Shown here: positions 14,201 to 24,460 of the stretch, in pieces
How positions within the stretch are numbered: position 1 is the first letter of the stretch
Layout of the letters: the number at the start of each line of letters is the position of its first letter
Assembly (NCBI GenBank): GCA_051294375.1
Contig: JBJCIZ010000028.1
Coordinates: 489,623 to 553,622 of the forward strand
DNA from: Paraspadella gotoi
Taxonomy: Eukaryota > Animalia > Chaetognatha
Reading direction: 5' to 3'
DNA: 64,000 nt
Notes under the pieces: generated by a model
What the model saw: the letters and a program-made list of their open reading frames with translations, nothing else
What the model was told of the DNA's origin: nothing
Database searches by the model: none
Made by a program: the position numbers and the translations under genes

Positions 14201-16044
14201 TAAATTGGTCTAGCTTTAAATGAATATTGCTTATTTATTATTTATTATTTATTATTTATTATTTATTATCTCTCCTTTGTTGAATGTCAAGTATCAATTT
14301 CAAAGTCATTAACGGAATTCTGAGACGTCCGACTTCGCTGATTGGTCGATTCCGAAGCCGTTGATTGGTTCCCGGCCCTACCTTTTATTCTTCCGGCTCT
14401 GTCGATAAAAATATAAATGGATTTTAAAAAGATAAAGTTGGGTTTTTGAATTCTTTATAATTACGTTTGACTGATTTCTGGTTGTTTTTTTTATTTTTTT
14501 CTTTTTTTCTTTTTTTCTTTTTTTCTCTCTTTTATTTTTTGTCCTTCCCCTCTCACTCCCTCTCCATTTCTCTCTCTCCCCTCTCCCTTCCTCCTCCCTC
14601 CCCCTCTCTCTCTCTCTCTCTCCCTCTCCCTCCATCTCTCCCCCTTCCTTCTCTTTCTCTCCCCTCTCCCTTTTTCTCTCTCTCGCTTTCCTCTCCACCT
14701 TCCCCCCCTCTCTCCCTCTCTCCCTCCCTCTCTCGCTTCCTCCCCCACCTTCCCTCCATCTCTCCCTCTCTCACCTCCTTAATCACATCCGCTCCTTCTG
14801 TTTTCACAAACATCTTCACCGCCTCGTTCCTCCGTCCCACGAATCTCTTCCCCCGATTTTCAATGACGGCGTCGCCAGCGGACGCCAAGTGGTCGGTCGG
14901 TCGGTCCGGGTCTACAGTTGACGTACATCACGACGGCTTCGTTCTCCTCTCCGATCTCGGTCCCGTTCCAATGGCTGACGATTCTCGCCGTTGGGCGTCG
15001 TCCGGAATCGGCGTCTCCGTTTCGAGGGACGGCGTTGCCAGTCGAGGATACGGCGTTGCNNNNNNNNNNNNNNNNNNNNNNNNNNNNNNNNNNNNNNNNN
15101 NNNNNNNNNNNNNNNNNNNNNNNNNNNNNNNNNNNNNNNNNNNNNNNNNNNNNNNNNNNNNNNNNNNNNNNNNNNNNNNNNNNNNNNNNNNNNNNNNNNN
15201 NNNNNNNNNNNNNNNNNNNNNNNNNNNNNNNNNNNNNNNNNNNNNNNNNNNNNNNNNNNNNNNNNNNNNNNNNNNNNNTTTTTTTTTTTTTTTTGCTTCT
15301 CTGAGAAAAAAAATAATTTTTGAAATGAATTCTTGAATTATTAATTCAAAACGAAATCGATTTTTTTTTTTAAATCGTAGGTAGGGACCGACACAAAAAT
15401 TATGCCATTTTGATTGGTAATTTTTATAGTACGAGGCAGGCAATGAACGCTGACTATACATCAGTTTCTGCTCTTCTTTTCTGAGCAACATTTTTGAACA
15501 AAAACCTTTCACAATTGTAAATATCTATAAGCAAAGGTTTAAAGTTTAAGGCTGCATCTTCTTTATGTCAATTTTAAGCAATGCATGGCTTTGGTGGCGT
15601 AAATACTATGTCATAACCATTTTTTTTTTGCTCAAAAAGATGAAATAATAATAATTAATAATATACGGACATGTTGTCATTTTGAGCTCTATCTTAATTC
15701 TTAATTTTTCACTTAACAGTCACTTATCTATCCCTCACAAAAATGTATCATTTCACATTTAAAAACTTTCTTTCCTTTTATTACTATCTGTTTATTATTA
15801 GAATAATTGTTAAATTCACCATTAGTTTAAACTTATTCCTTGTTGTACATTACATAATGTATTATTTTGTCTCTCCCTGTTTCTCTCTCTCTCTCTCTAT
15901 CTTCCTCTCTCCTTCTGTCTCTCTCTCTCTTTCACCAATTGACCATTTCACTTCTTTTCACAACTGATCTGTCCTCAACTCAAACTGTACTCATTCTTTA
16001 ACCACTATCTCTGTGTTGGAAACTTTTAGCCCTCTTTTTCTTTT

Positions 16045-16118
<74 letters not shown>

Positions 16119-16817
16119 CCTTCTTTTACACAAATTTGTAAAATGCATCACTAACGCTGATGAAGACTCGAAATGAAGAATCAAAACATGTCCGTATATT
16201 ATTAGCCAGCTCATTTTGAGCTCTATCTTAATTATTAATTTTTCACTTTAACAGTCACTCCCTGTTTCTCTCTCCCTCTCTCCTTCTGTCTCTCTCTCTC
16301 TCTTTCACCAATTGACCATTTCACTTCTTTTCACAACTGATCTGTCCTCTCCTCAAACTGTACTCACTCTTTAACCACTATCTCTGTGTTGGAAACTTTT
16401 AGCCCTCTTTCTCTTTTTTTTTTCTCTCTCTGTCTCTCTCTCCCTCCCTTCTTTTACACAAATTTGTAAAAATGCATCACTAACGCTGATGAAGACTCGA
16501 AATGACGAGTCGAAACATGTCCGTATATTATTAAATGAAAAATCGTTGACGAAAAAATTTCCAAAATTTGTTTAAATCTCTACACTCAACAATGCCGAAA
16601 GGATTAACACAATAGTATTTTTTTTTTAAATGTATTCTTTTTTGTTTCAAATTCCCTATGTTTTTTCGGCAGATAGAGAAATAAAAATTTCGGCAAACAC
16701 TTCCGGTCTCTACCAGAGTGAAAAAGTAAAAATTTTTTCTTAAAAAACGATTTTTATACCTCGGAACGTTGGCAAACAAATAAAAAAATCAATTTCTGAG
16801 AATTTTCGAGAAGAAGC

Positions 16818-16886
<69 letters not shown>

Positions 16887-17020
16887 CCTCGACTATTCGC
16901 TTCGAAGGTTGAAAAACTTTGCTCTTTGCTCTCCGTTTCCAATTGAGAAAGGAAATGACGTAAACTGTTATCAGTAATTTAGAATTTTCTTTTTGAAGAG
17001 TGTCTTTTTTAAAGGACTAA

Positions 17021-17075
<55 letters not shown>

Positions 17076-19014
17076 CAGAGAGAAAGCTAATTGTAAACAA
17101 AATCTAAACAAATATATATAAACGTAAATCTTCCCCCCCCCCTGCCGCCTTCAACCTCCACTCACCCTCCCCCCTCTTCTAAAAACAGGCTACTGCCATC
17201 TCGACACCCCAGCCAAGGGTTTCGCATACTCCATCCTCCTCTTCTTCTGGATGTTCATCGCTTACTCCAACTCCATCTCGCAATTCCTTCTCAAATTTCG
17301 CGCCATCGGTCCAGACCAGAAGCCTCTCTCCGTGGGGCTTAGCATGTTGACGAGGTCGTTGCTGGGGAACGTCGTCTCCAGCGTCATGTACGGAAAGTGA
17401 GTGCTGTAGTCGACGAGGTAGCTGATGAGTACTGTTGTCTCCAGCGTCATGTTCGGAAAGTGAGTGCTGTAGTAGACGAGTAGTTGATGAGTACTGTTGT
17501 CTCCAGCATCATTTATGGAAAGTGAGCGCTGTAGTCGACGAGGTAGCTGATGTGTACTGTTGACTCCAGCGTCAGGTTGATGAGATATTTTCCGAAAAAA
17601 AAAGTGCTGGAGTTGATGAGATAGTTATCGGGTAATGTCGTCTCCAAAATTAAACGAAATGAAGGTGATGTAGCCGTATTTTTGCTGGAGAAGAGTAGTA
17701 GACGAAGCCGGTATGATGTAAGGGAAGTGAAGAAAAATAATATGCTTGGTCTCTCTCCGAATGACATTTTTTTTTTGATTGATCATGACTTTGTTATTCG
17801 AATCAACTAAGCGTCTGCCCCGTTAAAGTTAAAGTCTCTACCGAGTTTTTTTTTATATTATTTATACTAATAAAATAAATATTTTCCAAAGACTGACGTC
17901 GTACTCTTTGGCGACGTCTTGAACGCGAAGTAAAATCAATTGACGTATGAATCTTTCACGACCTCCATATCTCCCTTTCCTCATCTTACCTCTTACCTTT
18001 TTTTTAAAAACGCCTTACCCTTAAAAAAAACCTTACCCTCCTCAGAATCATCGACTACTCTTGTCTAATTTGGCGGGAAAACTGCGGCGTGAGACAAAAC
18101 TGCTACTTTTACGACATGAGCAAATATCACGTCATCGTACACGTCGGTTGCGCCATCTTCGTTTTCGTCTCCGCGTTTTTCTATTTGGGTGAGACCGATT
18201 CTGATCGATCGATTGCTTGTTCGTTGCGCTTGCAGCGTTTGCTTGGATACATTTCATTTCATAAAATTGGTACAACCGATATAAAATTTAATGAATAAGC
18301 TCTCTTGCCCCTGACTTTGGACAAGCGATGTCGGTTTAAGGCCTCCATCACTCTTACAAGATAATGACATAGTAGATCACTGCAAGCTTTCAATCAAGAC
18401 TCTCTCACATAACAGTCGGGTTTATTTAATACTTTTACCACGACCCGAACCCCCTCAGCTTTTTGTCAACTTATTACAATTTCTTTTTATAATTACTTGT
18501 CGTCATTTGTTTTCTTTGAAACTTACGTACAAAACCAAAAAAAAACCCTGGTAATGGAATAGACTTCATAATTTTTTTTTTCATGAGGGTACAGACTTAG
18601 AAACAATGTTTGGATTTATCAAATTTCCTTATTGTATCTTTACATTGTACAACTTATATATTTTTTATCCATTTGGATTACAATTTTATAGAAATAAATA
18701 CATCTCATCGATACTAATTAAACTTTCTGGTCAGTCAGTCACTCAGTCTTCCCTTTCCATCTTCTCTGTCCGCAGGCGCCTTTTGTTTCGCGCGACAACG
18801 AAACTGGGATCATTTGGACGAAACGGAGACGAAAGAAAAGATAACAGAGACGAAACGAAAGGAAACGGAAACGAAAGAAAAGAAAACAGAGAAGAAACGA
18901 AAGGAAACGGAGACGAATGAAAAGAAAACAGAGACGAAACGAAAGGAAACGGAGACGAAAGAAAAGAAAACAGAGACGAAACGAAAGGAAACAGAGGAGA
19001 AGATAGAAAATTAG
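50..19014 (+). CDS. SLCO: Organic anion transporting polypeptide (OATP/SLCO, SLC21 family), 3' part; 5' exons lie upstream of the window
   Basis: Hand-spliced exons: ~50-92 (noisy, DADCxCGQE); 498-~570 (AFSPVCGGDGKNYFSPCH, Kazal-like loop 5); <9789-9847 (RRFFNCSCVGDGDGVAVE, start in gap); 17189-17396 (GYCHLDTPAKGFAYSILLFFWMFIAY...FRAIGPDQKPLSVGLSMLTRSLLGNVVSSVMYGK, TM10-11); 18046-18188 (IIDYSCLIWRENCGVRQNCYFYD...TM12); 18776-19014 (stop). The last four exons join with GT-AG sites in consistent phases (1,2,1). PVCG..Y.SPCH, NCSC and ID.xC.xW.xxCG.xxxC.xYD are OATP hallmarks. Subfamily not assignable. Confidence 0.9.
560..1022. repeat. Low-complexity (GTC/GGTC)n tract
   Basis: Continuous gtcg/gtcc/ggtc mosaic directly after the Kazal exon. 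Confidence 0.9.
1050..9760. other. Error-rich second copy of ~10.1-12.65 kb, probably uncorrected long-read gap fill
   Basis: Collinear but indel-ridden matches: ~2000-2045 to ~10270-10305; 2600-2620 to 10504-10522; 3630-3680 to 10873-10910; 4700-4830 to 11310-11420; 8200-9760 to 11600-12630. Confidence 0.7.
10846..11540 (-). CDS. Nested antisense gene, module 3: paired G/N-rich repeats plus a C-terminal hydrophobic anchor (131 aa if translated alone)
   Basis: Exon 11540-11310 (MARRPTTKLKITRKGGLVVNQGSYREFFKNCSPKPG...IEAMKA) is preceded directly by a pyrimidine tract and AG. Donor GTTGAG, GA-rich intron, acceptor TTTTTTCAG, then exon 11010-10846 in phase 0 (LFAAARE...AVTGAILVSLAFVLCKMIGF*). 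Confidence 0.7.
12435..12821 (-). CDS. Candidate linker exons of the nested antisense gene (frame unresolved)
   Basis: 39-nt exon 12821-12783 flanked by TTCCAG and GTGAGA. A second exon from 12530 follows TTTCAG and is a paralogue of the exon starting at 13524 (both contain GCCAACTCAAATyCTAACGGGAACGC). Confidence 0.4.
13312..13372 (-). pseudogene. 5'-truncated tRNA-Lys(CTT) copy carrying a genomically encoded CCA
   Basis: Minus strand reads TCGGTAGAGCA CAGGA CT CTT AA TCCTG GGGTC GTGGG TTCGAGC CCCAC A TTGGGCG CCA. Anticodon and T arms pair perfectly. The 5' acceptor strand and first D-stem strand (~15 nt) are missing. Confidence 0.9.
13423..15059 (-). CDS. Nested antisense gene, modules 1 and 2: paired RHIM/HET-s-like repeats; 5' end hidden in or beyond the 15060-15278 gap
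   Basis: Exons <15059-14775 (one 4-nt frameshift in (GGTC)4), 14398-14382 (17 nt), 14093-14022, 13868-~13612 (small N gap inside) and 13524-13423, with GT-AG sites and compatible phases 0,2,2,0. The two repeats of module 1 differ largely at synonymous third positions (AAC GAA GCC GTC vs AAC GAG GCG GTG), which supports coding on this strand. Confidence 0.65.
15655..16534 (+). mobile_element. Penelope-like element remnant: two tandem pLTR-like units plus a short inverted terminal copy
   Basis: Direct repeats ~15679-16203 and ~16212-16534, each ending in a hammerhead motif. 15655-15675 is the exact reverse complement of 16514-16534. No RT or GIY-YIG ORF is visible. Confidence 0.65.
16483..16524 (+). 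ncRNA. Minimal type I hammerhead ribozyme (PLE-associated type)
   Basis: ACG-CTGATGA-A-GACTCG(AAATGA)CGAGTC-GAAA-CATGTC-CGT: both core boxes, a 6-bp helix II, palindromic ACATGT in place of helix III, GTC cleavage triplet and a 3-bp helix I. The copy at 16154-16195 is decayed (GAAA>AAAA). Confidence 0.75.
17349..17575 (+). repeat. 63-bp minisatellite (~3.5 units) spanning the SLCO exon end and 5' splice site
   Basis: Unit ...TCTCCAGCGTCATGTACGGAAA|GTGAGTGCTGTAGTCGACGAGG; donor copies at 17397, 17460 and 17522. Confidence 0.9.
18261..18430 (+). mobile_element. Copy of the ~200-bp interspersed repeat family
   Basis: Shares AAATTGGTACAACCGATAT...CCCCTGACTTTGGACA...GGCCTCCATCACTCTTACAAGATAATGACAT...AAGCTTTCAATCAAGACTCTCTCACA with the other copies. 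Confidence 0.85.
18819..18995 (+). repeat. 42-bp coding tandem repeat (~4 units, ETETKEKKTETKRK) in the SLCO C-terminal tail
   Basis: GAAACGGAGACGAAAGAAAAGAAAACAGAGACGAAACGAAAG repeated in frame in the last exon. Confidence 0.85.
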
Positions 19015-19033
19015 GCGTGTCTGCTTTGTTGGG

Positions 19034-19356
19034 ATGACGACGACAACGACATCAACTATGACATCAATGATATCAACAATGACATTAATGACATCAACTA
19101 TGACTTCAATGATATCTACAATGACATTAATGATATCAATAATGACATCAACTATGACATCAATGATATCTACAATGACATTAATGATATCAACAATGAC
19201 ATCGACTATGACATCAGTGATATCTACAATGGCTTTAATGACATCAACTATAACATCAACAATGACATCTATAATGCAATTAATGACATCAACAATGACA
19301 TCAACTATGACATCAATGATATCTACAATGACATTAATGACATCAACTAGGACATC
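19034..19356. repeat. ATGACATCA-based 9/12-bp compound tandem repeat just 3' of the SLCO stop
   Basis: Repeated atgacatca/atgatatca(act/aca) units. Confidence 0.9.
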
Positions 19357-20461
19357 ATTTTGTGATGTCACCTTGTTAGTTAAAGTAAAAAAGATTATTA
19401 CATTAAATTATTATTATCAAATTGAACTCGTTTGCTCTGTAACGAAGACGATGTCTTCATCTAGATTGAGTTTCTATTGCCCGGTACTTATTGTAATATT
19501 GTAATCTTGCGCAAGAAAAGAATACAATTCGAATTCGGATCTGCCGTTCGTCCCCCCTTTGCTTTCAACGGCCATTACCCCTGAGTATATGGAGCGACTG
19601 ACTTTCAAATTTTGTATGTGGGTAGGAAAGTGTGCGATTTAGCTGGAAATCAAGTTTCGATGGAATCGTTCGAGCGGAAATGAGTTAAAATGGAAAAAAA
19701 ACCCAAAAAATATATTTCACTATTTGATTATGCTTTATTCTCTTTATATTAAATGTAAATCAAGCTGATTTAATTAATTATTGATAAATTAGTAATTAAT
19801 TAATTAATGATTATTTTTAATTGATTAATTTATTAATTAATTTTGTAATCGAGATTGTTTTTTTGTGAATGAGAGGCGAGACAAAGTGGAAAACGATTTT
19901 GACGAGAATAAAAAAAATAAAAATTAATTAATTAATTATCTAACCAGCTGGTTACCGCTCATGATCGTGGGCAGATCGGGCATTGTTTGCTCAAACTTGC
20001 TTTTAAACCTCACCTGATCGTTATATTATTATAAGGACGATGTTCTTTTAATCCATCATTTTAGTTAAAAATTTCAAATACAGCTGTTCTTTCCCGAGCG
20101 GGAGACAAAATAAATTGTCGGGAAAAAAATGCACAAAACAATTAATTTTTATTTTGGATTGCTTAGGAAATAATTATTCACGCGGGGCCATAAAAATCAT
20201 CTGTTGTATTCCCGTAGAGTGTAATGAAACTTGCGCTTCGAAATATCATATTGAAAAACTTTATTTACAGTTAATTTTGATTTTGTATACAACGTCAACT
20301 GCGAGGTTTTTTTTTATATTTGAAGGAAGATAAAAATCAATTTATTTTTATCTATTTCAAGCGACTAAAAAAATAATTTAATAAGTTAATCAAATAAATA
20401 TAAAATTAAAATGACGGACCGACTATTTTCATCATTAATAGGACGCCTCGCTTACTAAACA

Positions 20462-20501
20462 TATAAAAGGGCAACGAACGACCAAAATTAAGACTGTCAG
20501 T
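20462..20501 (+). promoter_or_regulatory. Putative TATA box and initiator of the FReD gene
   Basis: TATAAAAG at 20462 and TCAGT at 20497, 52-90 nt upstream of the ATG. Spacing is slightly longer than canonical. Confidence 0.45.
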
Positions 20502-20552
20502 TTTATTCCATCAAAAAAAAAAAAAAAGAGTCACTCGCGAAAAAAAATTAAG

Positions 20553-22834
20553 ATGTTGAAAGTTTTGTGGTTGATTTTCCTGTCGGCGATAGCTAGCGGC
20601 GAATTCTTAAGTAATAAGTAATTCTTAAGTAATAACGATTCCCACAAAAAAAATATTGAATTAGTTTTTTACTATATACATGACATATTCATTTTCTTTT
20701 TAACGTTTAGGGGCCAATAAATTCGTCCGAGATGGCATCGACGTAAGTAATTGTAAACTGGATTCAATTTAGGGCTCTCTTTTCCTGTTTGTTTTCCAAA
20801 GAATTTAATTTTAACCTTAATATTTAACTTAAATATATTTTTAAACCAATCTTTAACTCTTAACCACAACCTTAATTCTGAACCCTAAACCCTAAACCCT
20901 TATCCTTAATTTCAAACCCTAACCTCTAACCCTAAATTTTAACCTTAATCACAAATCAAGTACTTAATCACTAACAAAATCCCTAACTTAATCTCTAACC
21001 TAATTTTTAACCTAATTTCAACTAAAAAAGTTAATGTAATTCTGAATTTAAAATAAAATAAGGTGTTCTGTAAAAATAAGATAAAATGGGGCGTTCTGGG
21101 AAAATAAGATAAAATGGAGCTTTCTGGAAAAATAAGATAAAATGGGGTATTCTGGGAAAATTAGATAAAATGCGGCATTCTGGGAAAATAAGATAAAATG
21201 GTGCGTTCTGGGAAAATAAGATAAAATGGGGCATTTTGGGAAAATAAGATAAAATGGGGCGTTCTAGGAAAATAAGATAAAATGGTGCGTTCTGGGAAAA
21301 TAAGATAAAATGGGGCGTTCTGGGAAAATAAGATAAAATGGGGCGTTCTGAGAAAATAACGCCATAGTTTCACATCCGCCTCACATTCAGTGATCACATT
21401 GATAGGGTTATATCTGCTTATGTTAAAGTATATATGAAGTTATAAATTATAAATTTTTTTAAAAAAATTCCAGATGGAATCTCAAGACGAGACAATCTCG
21501 CGACTCGAAAGAGAAAAGAAAGAAATTTCGATTGAAGTTGAGAGACTCAGAGATGAAAATTTGATTCTCAGAGCAAAAATTGAAGAAAAGGACGAAAATA
21601 AAGGTGATAACTCTCTCTCTATCTTTCATTCTTTCATTCTCTCTCTCTCTCTCTCTCTCATCACAGATTTGGTAGGATTATACTTTTAGTGATATCATAA
21701 ACAATGGTGATATTATTAGTCCTACTACGGATCAACTTTCTTTCAGTTTCAGGAAAGAAGTCACTCTCTGCGGTTGAAAAACGTGAAATGAATCACGGAA
21801 ATCAACGATTCACATCGGACGGTCTCATTAATAAAATCTTTGGTGGGTGGTAGTGGAAACGTAGTATCAAATTTTTAGTTGACGATATCTTATTGGATTG
21901 TGTCTTTTAAAAAGAACGGTTGCAAATTCAGCAAAACAATTTTTGGAAAAAAAAATATTAAGTGTATTTTGGTTTAAGTTTTCTTTGTTCGTTAAATTAT
22001 ATATATTAATATATACCCTGTTTTTTATTTTTTTATGCTATTTTTTGTTTCAAATATTTTTGGTTGAACTTCCTTCCTTTCTTTTCTGTCTGCTTAATAC
22101 TATTTTTTGCTATCAACTTTTGGCGGTTATATATATTATATATATCACTTTTCAATTTTTTTTTTTTTAAATTTATGCCTTTTTTTAAAATTTTGTACCC
22201 CATTTTTCAGACTCTTCCATTAGGCACACCTTCATTCCTTTCGCCTGGCGCACTCTAAATTCTCCCGGAGAATGGCCCGTATTTGCTGCGAACAACAATT
22301 GGAACGCATACAAACGTGGCTTTGCGGATGGTGAGATTTGGCACGTTGCCATTTTGTTTTCATGGGATCAGACCTCAAACTGTTTAAACCGATAAATCGT
22401 ACAAATAAACAGTGTGAATATACCGCCACAGTACAATCAAATCGATCTATCCATTTCCTGCTTTGAAATTTGCCCCTTTTTTTTCTCTCTCTCTCTCTCT
22501 CTCCTTTTTTCTCACTCTCTTCTTTTTTTTTTTCTTTCGCTTTTACTGTCCTGCCTTTATGTATTATCATGGTCAATGATCATTGGTCATAAAGCCGTGA
22601 CCTTCAGTTTGAGAATGAATTCATTTTAGTAGTAAGATGAGTGATTGAAACGATTCCGTTTGGCTTTCTCAGGAAAAAATATGTGGCTGGGACTGGAGCA
22701 GTTGCATCAGATAACGAAGAGAGGAAAGTGGTACCTGGTGTTGAAGATGAAGTGGTATAAAGATTATGGCCAACATAATGATGACCCGAAGAAGGGGGAA
22801 TGGGGAGTCGGCGTTTGGCCTAATTTCCAAGTAA

Positions 22835-22906
<72 letters not shown>

Positions 22907-23464
22907 GAGAGTGAGAGAGAGAATAAACAGTGCAACAGAGAGATACATGACCCAATGACCCAAGCATAGACTGATGGAGGCAGAGGGATAAAGCAGAACC
23001 TTAGCCCATCTCAAACATCACATGGTTTTGGCAGTCAGTCCGTCCCATACGCCCTGTTATTTACCCAAGGGAAAACAGTTTTTAGTTTAATTATTGGGAA
23101 CCAAGACTTTTACTCGCTCTCATGCCGCCCATTATTTCACTATTAGGTAAAGGGAGAGAGCGACGCTTACCAGTGGACTTTCGGCAAAATTCTTGTCGGC
23201 CACAATTTCCACTTCAACCCAGCATGCGACATGTTGCAACACGAGAGAAACATGAAGTTCTCCACGGCTGACAATGACAACGACAGCGAAAGTAATGAAA
23301 ACGTTGCGGATGGTTACGGATGTGGCTGGTGGTTCTCTGACGGGTGCGATACCGAGGTTTTGAGGAGTTGGGGCGTCACTGAAGGCGGCAGAGAGGATCC
23401 CGAATGCAGGGATAGATTGACCTCCACTCCGAGTGAAGTCATGATGGCAATTTTTAGCGAATGA
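20553..23464 (+). CDS. Secreted fibrinogen-related domain protein (signal peptide, coiled coil, divergent FReD), 301 aa
   Basis: Seven exons 20553-20610, 20711-20742, 21474-21603, 21753-21842, 22211-22330, 22673-22830 and 23147-23464 splice in frame (906 nt). Motifs: MLKVLWLIFLSAIASG, NWNAYKRGF, MWLGLEQLHQIT, MKFSTADNDND, GWWF. AATAAA at 23527. Confidence 0.92.
20855..21020. repeat. Degenerate (TAACCC/TAAACCC)-like tract
   Basis: aaccctaaaccctaaaccct and variants; a similar tract lies at 29170-29370. Confidence 0.7.
21050..21360. repeat. 28-bp minisatellite, ~11 units, in FReD intron 2
   Basis: Unit GGGCGTTCTGGGAAAATAAGATAAAATG. Confidence 0.95.
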
Positions 23465-23681
23465 AGATTTTGAAGAAAAAGGTTCTGACTTTACAATATT
23501 GGGCGTCATCTTTTGTATCGTTTAGAAATAAAGATTTAAAGCTTCGAAATGACTTGAAATGATTGTAACTCAAATTTTTTTTGTTGAAATAGTTGTTTTT
23601 TTTAAATTCCAGAGAATAAAATGGTTAAACTTAGAATTTAATAATAAATTTCTCAGTAGATTGCAATTTTACTTATATCAT

Positions 23682-23856
23682 ATGAAATTGGTCCAGCCAA
23701 TATAAAAAAAGCTTTGTCTTTGGACAATGGACAGGCTTTGGTGGTTTAAAGCCTCCATCACTCTTACAAGATAATGACATTGCAAGTGCGAGCAAGCTTT
23801 CAATCAAGACTCTCTCACAGTACCTGGCTTCCTTATCAATGAAGTGGTATAAATAT
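23682..23856 (+). mobile_element. Copy of the ~200-bp interspersed repeat family
   Basis: Same core as 34201-34420, with an internal deletion. Confidence 0.85.
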
Positions 23857-23970
23857 AGTATAATGTATTTTTTATGCTTGACCGAAATACACGAATTTCC
23901 GGGTCCGAAAGGGTAATTCTGTGGACAACATATCCCGGTTTGGTCGTTTAAATGCGAGTGTAAAGGGTAA

Positions 23971-24045
<75 letters not shown>

Positions 24046-24460
24046 TTCAGCTTCGAAAAAAATCCTCGTCGAAGAAACGTCTACGATTTTTCGATTCTAA
24101 AATTTTTTTTCCGAGTTTTGTCTCGCGACTCGGAAAAACAAAAAAACAAACAAAAGAAAACAAATAAAAAGTGAGTAAAAAAACATTTTTTTTTCTTTCA
24201 AAACAGAGAAAAAAAAATCATAACAAAGGTTTAAAAAAAGTTTGAGTTTCGCAATATTAACCATTAAAAAAGTATTTATTAATATAAACTTAAATGGATA
24301 AAACGAAGCCAGTAATGAAAATATTTTAAATTAACATTTTTTTAACTCGGACACCCGCGGGGAACTTTGTTTTTAAACAAAAGAGCAACGTCCCTCCCGT
24401 CGGGCGTCGCTTCAATCGCGTCTTTCGTCCGAGAATAAAACAAAAGATTTCCAAAGCGGC

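Noticed and set aside
17421-17470. CTGATGA...GAAA hammerhead-like text in the 63-bp repeat
   Set aside because: No convincing helix II or III and no cleavage triplet; the unit is explained as a duplicated SLCO exon end.
17262-17767. Minus-strand ORFs with MTLETTVLISYLVDY repeats
   Set aside because: Antisense shadow of the SLCO exon and its 63-bp minisatellite.
18739-19504. Overlapping V/I/D-rich and M/T/S-rich ORFs
   Set aside because: Products of a 9/12-bp tandem repeat; no splice or domain support.
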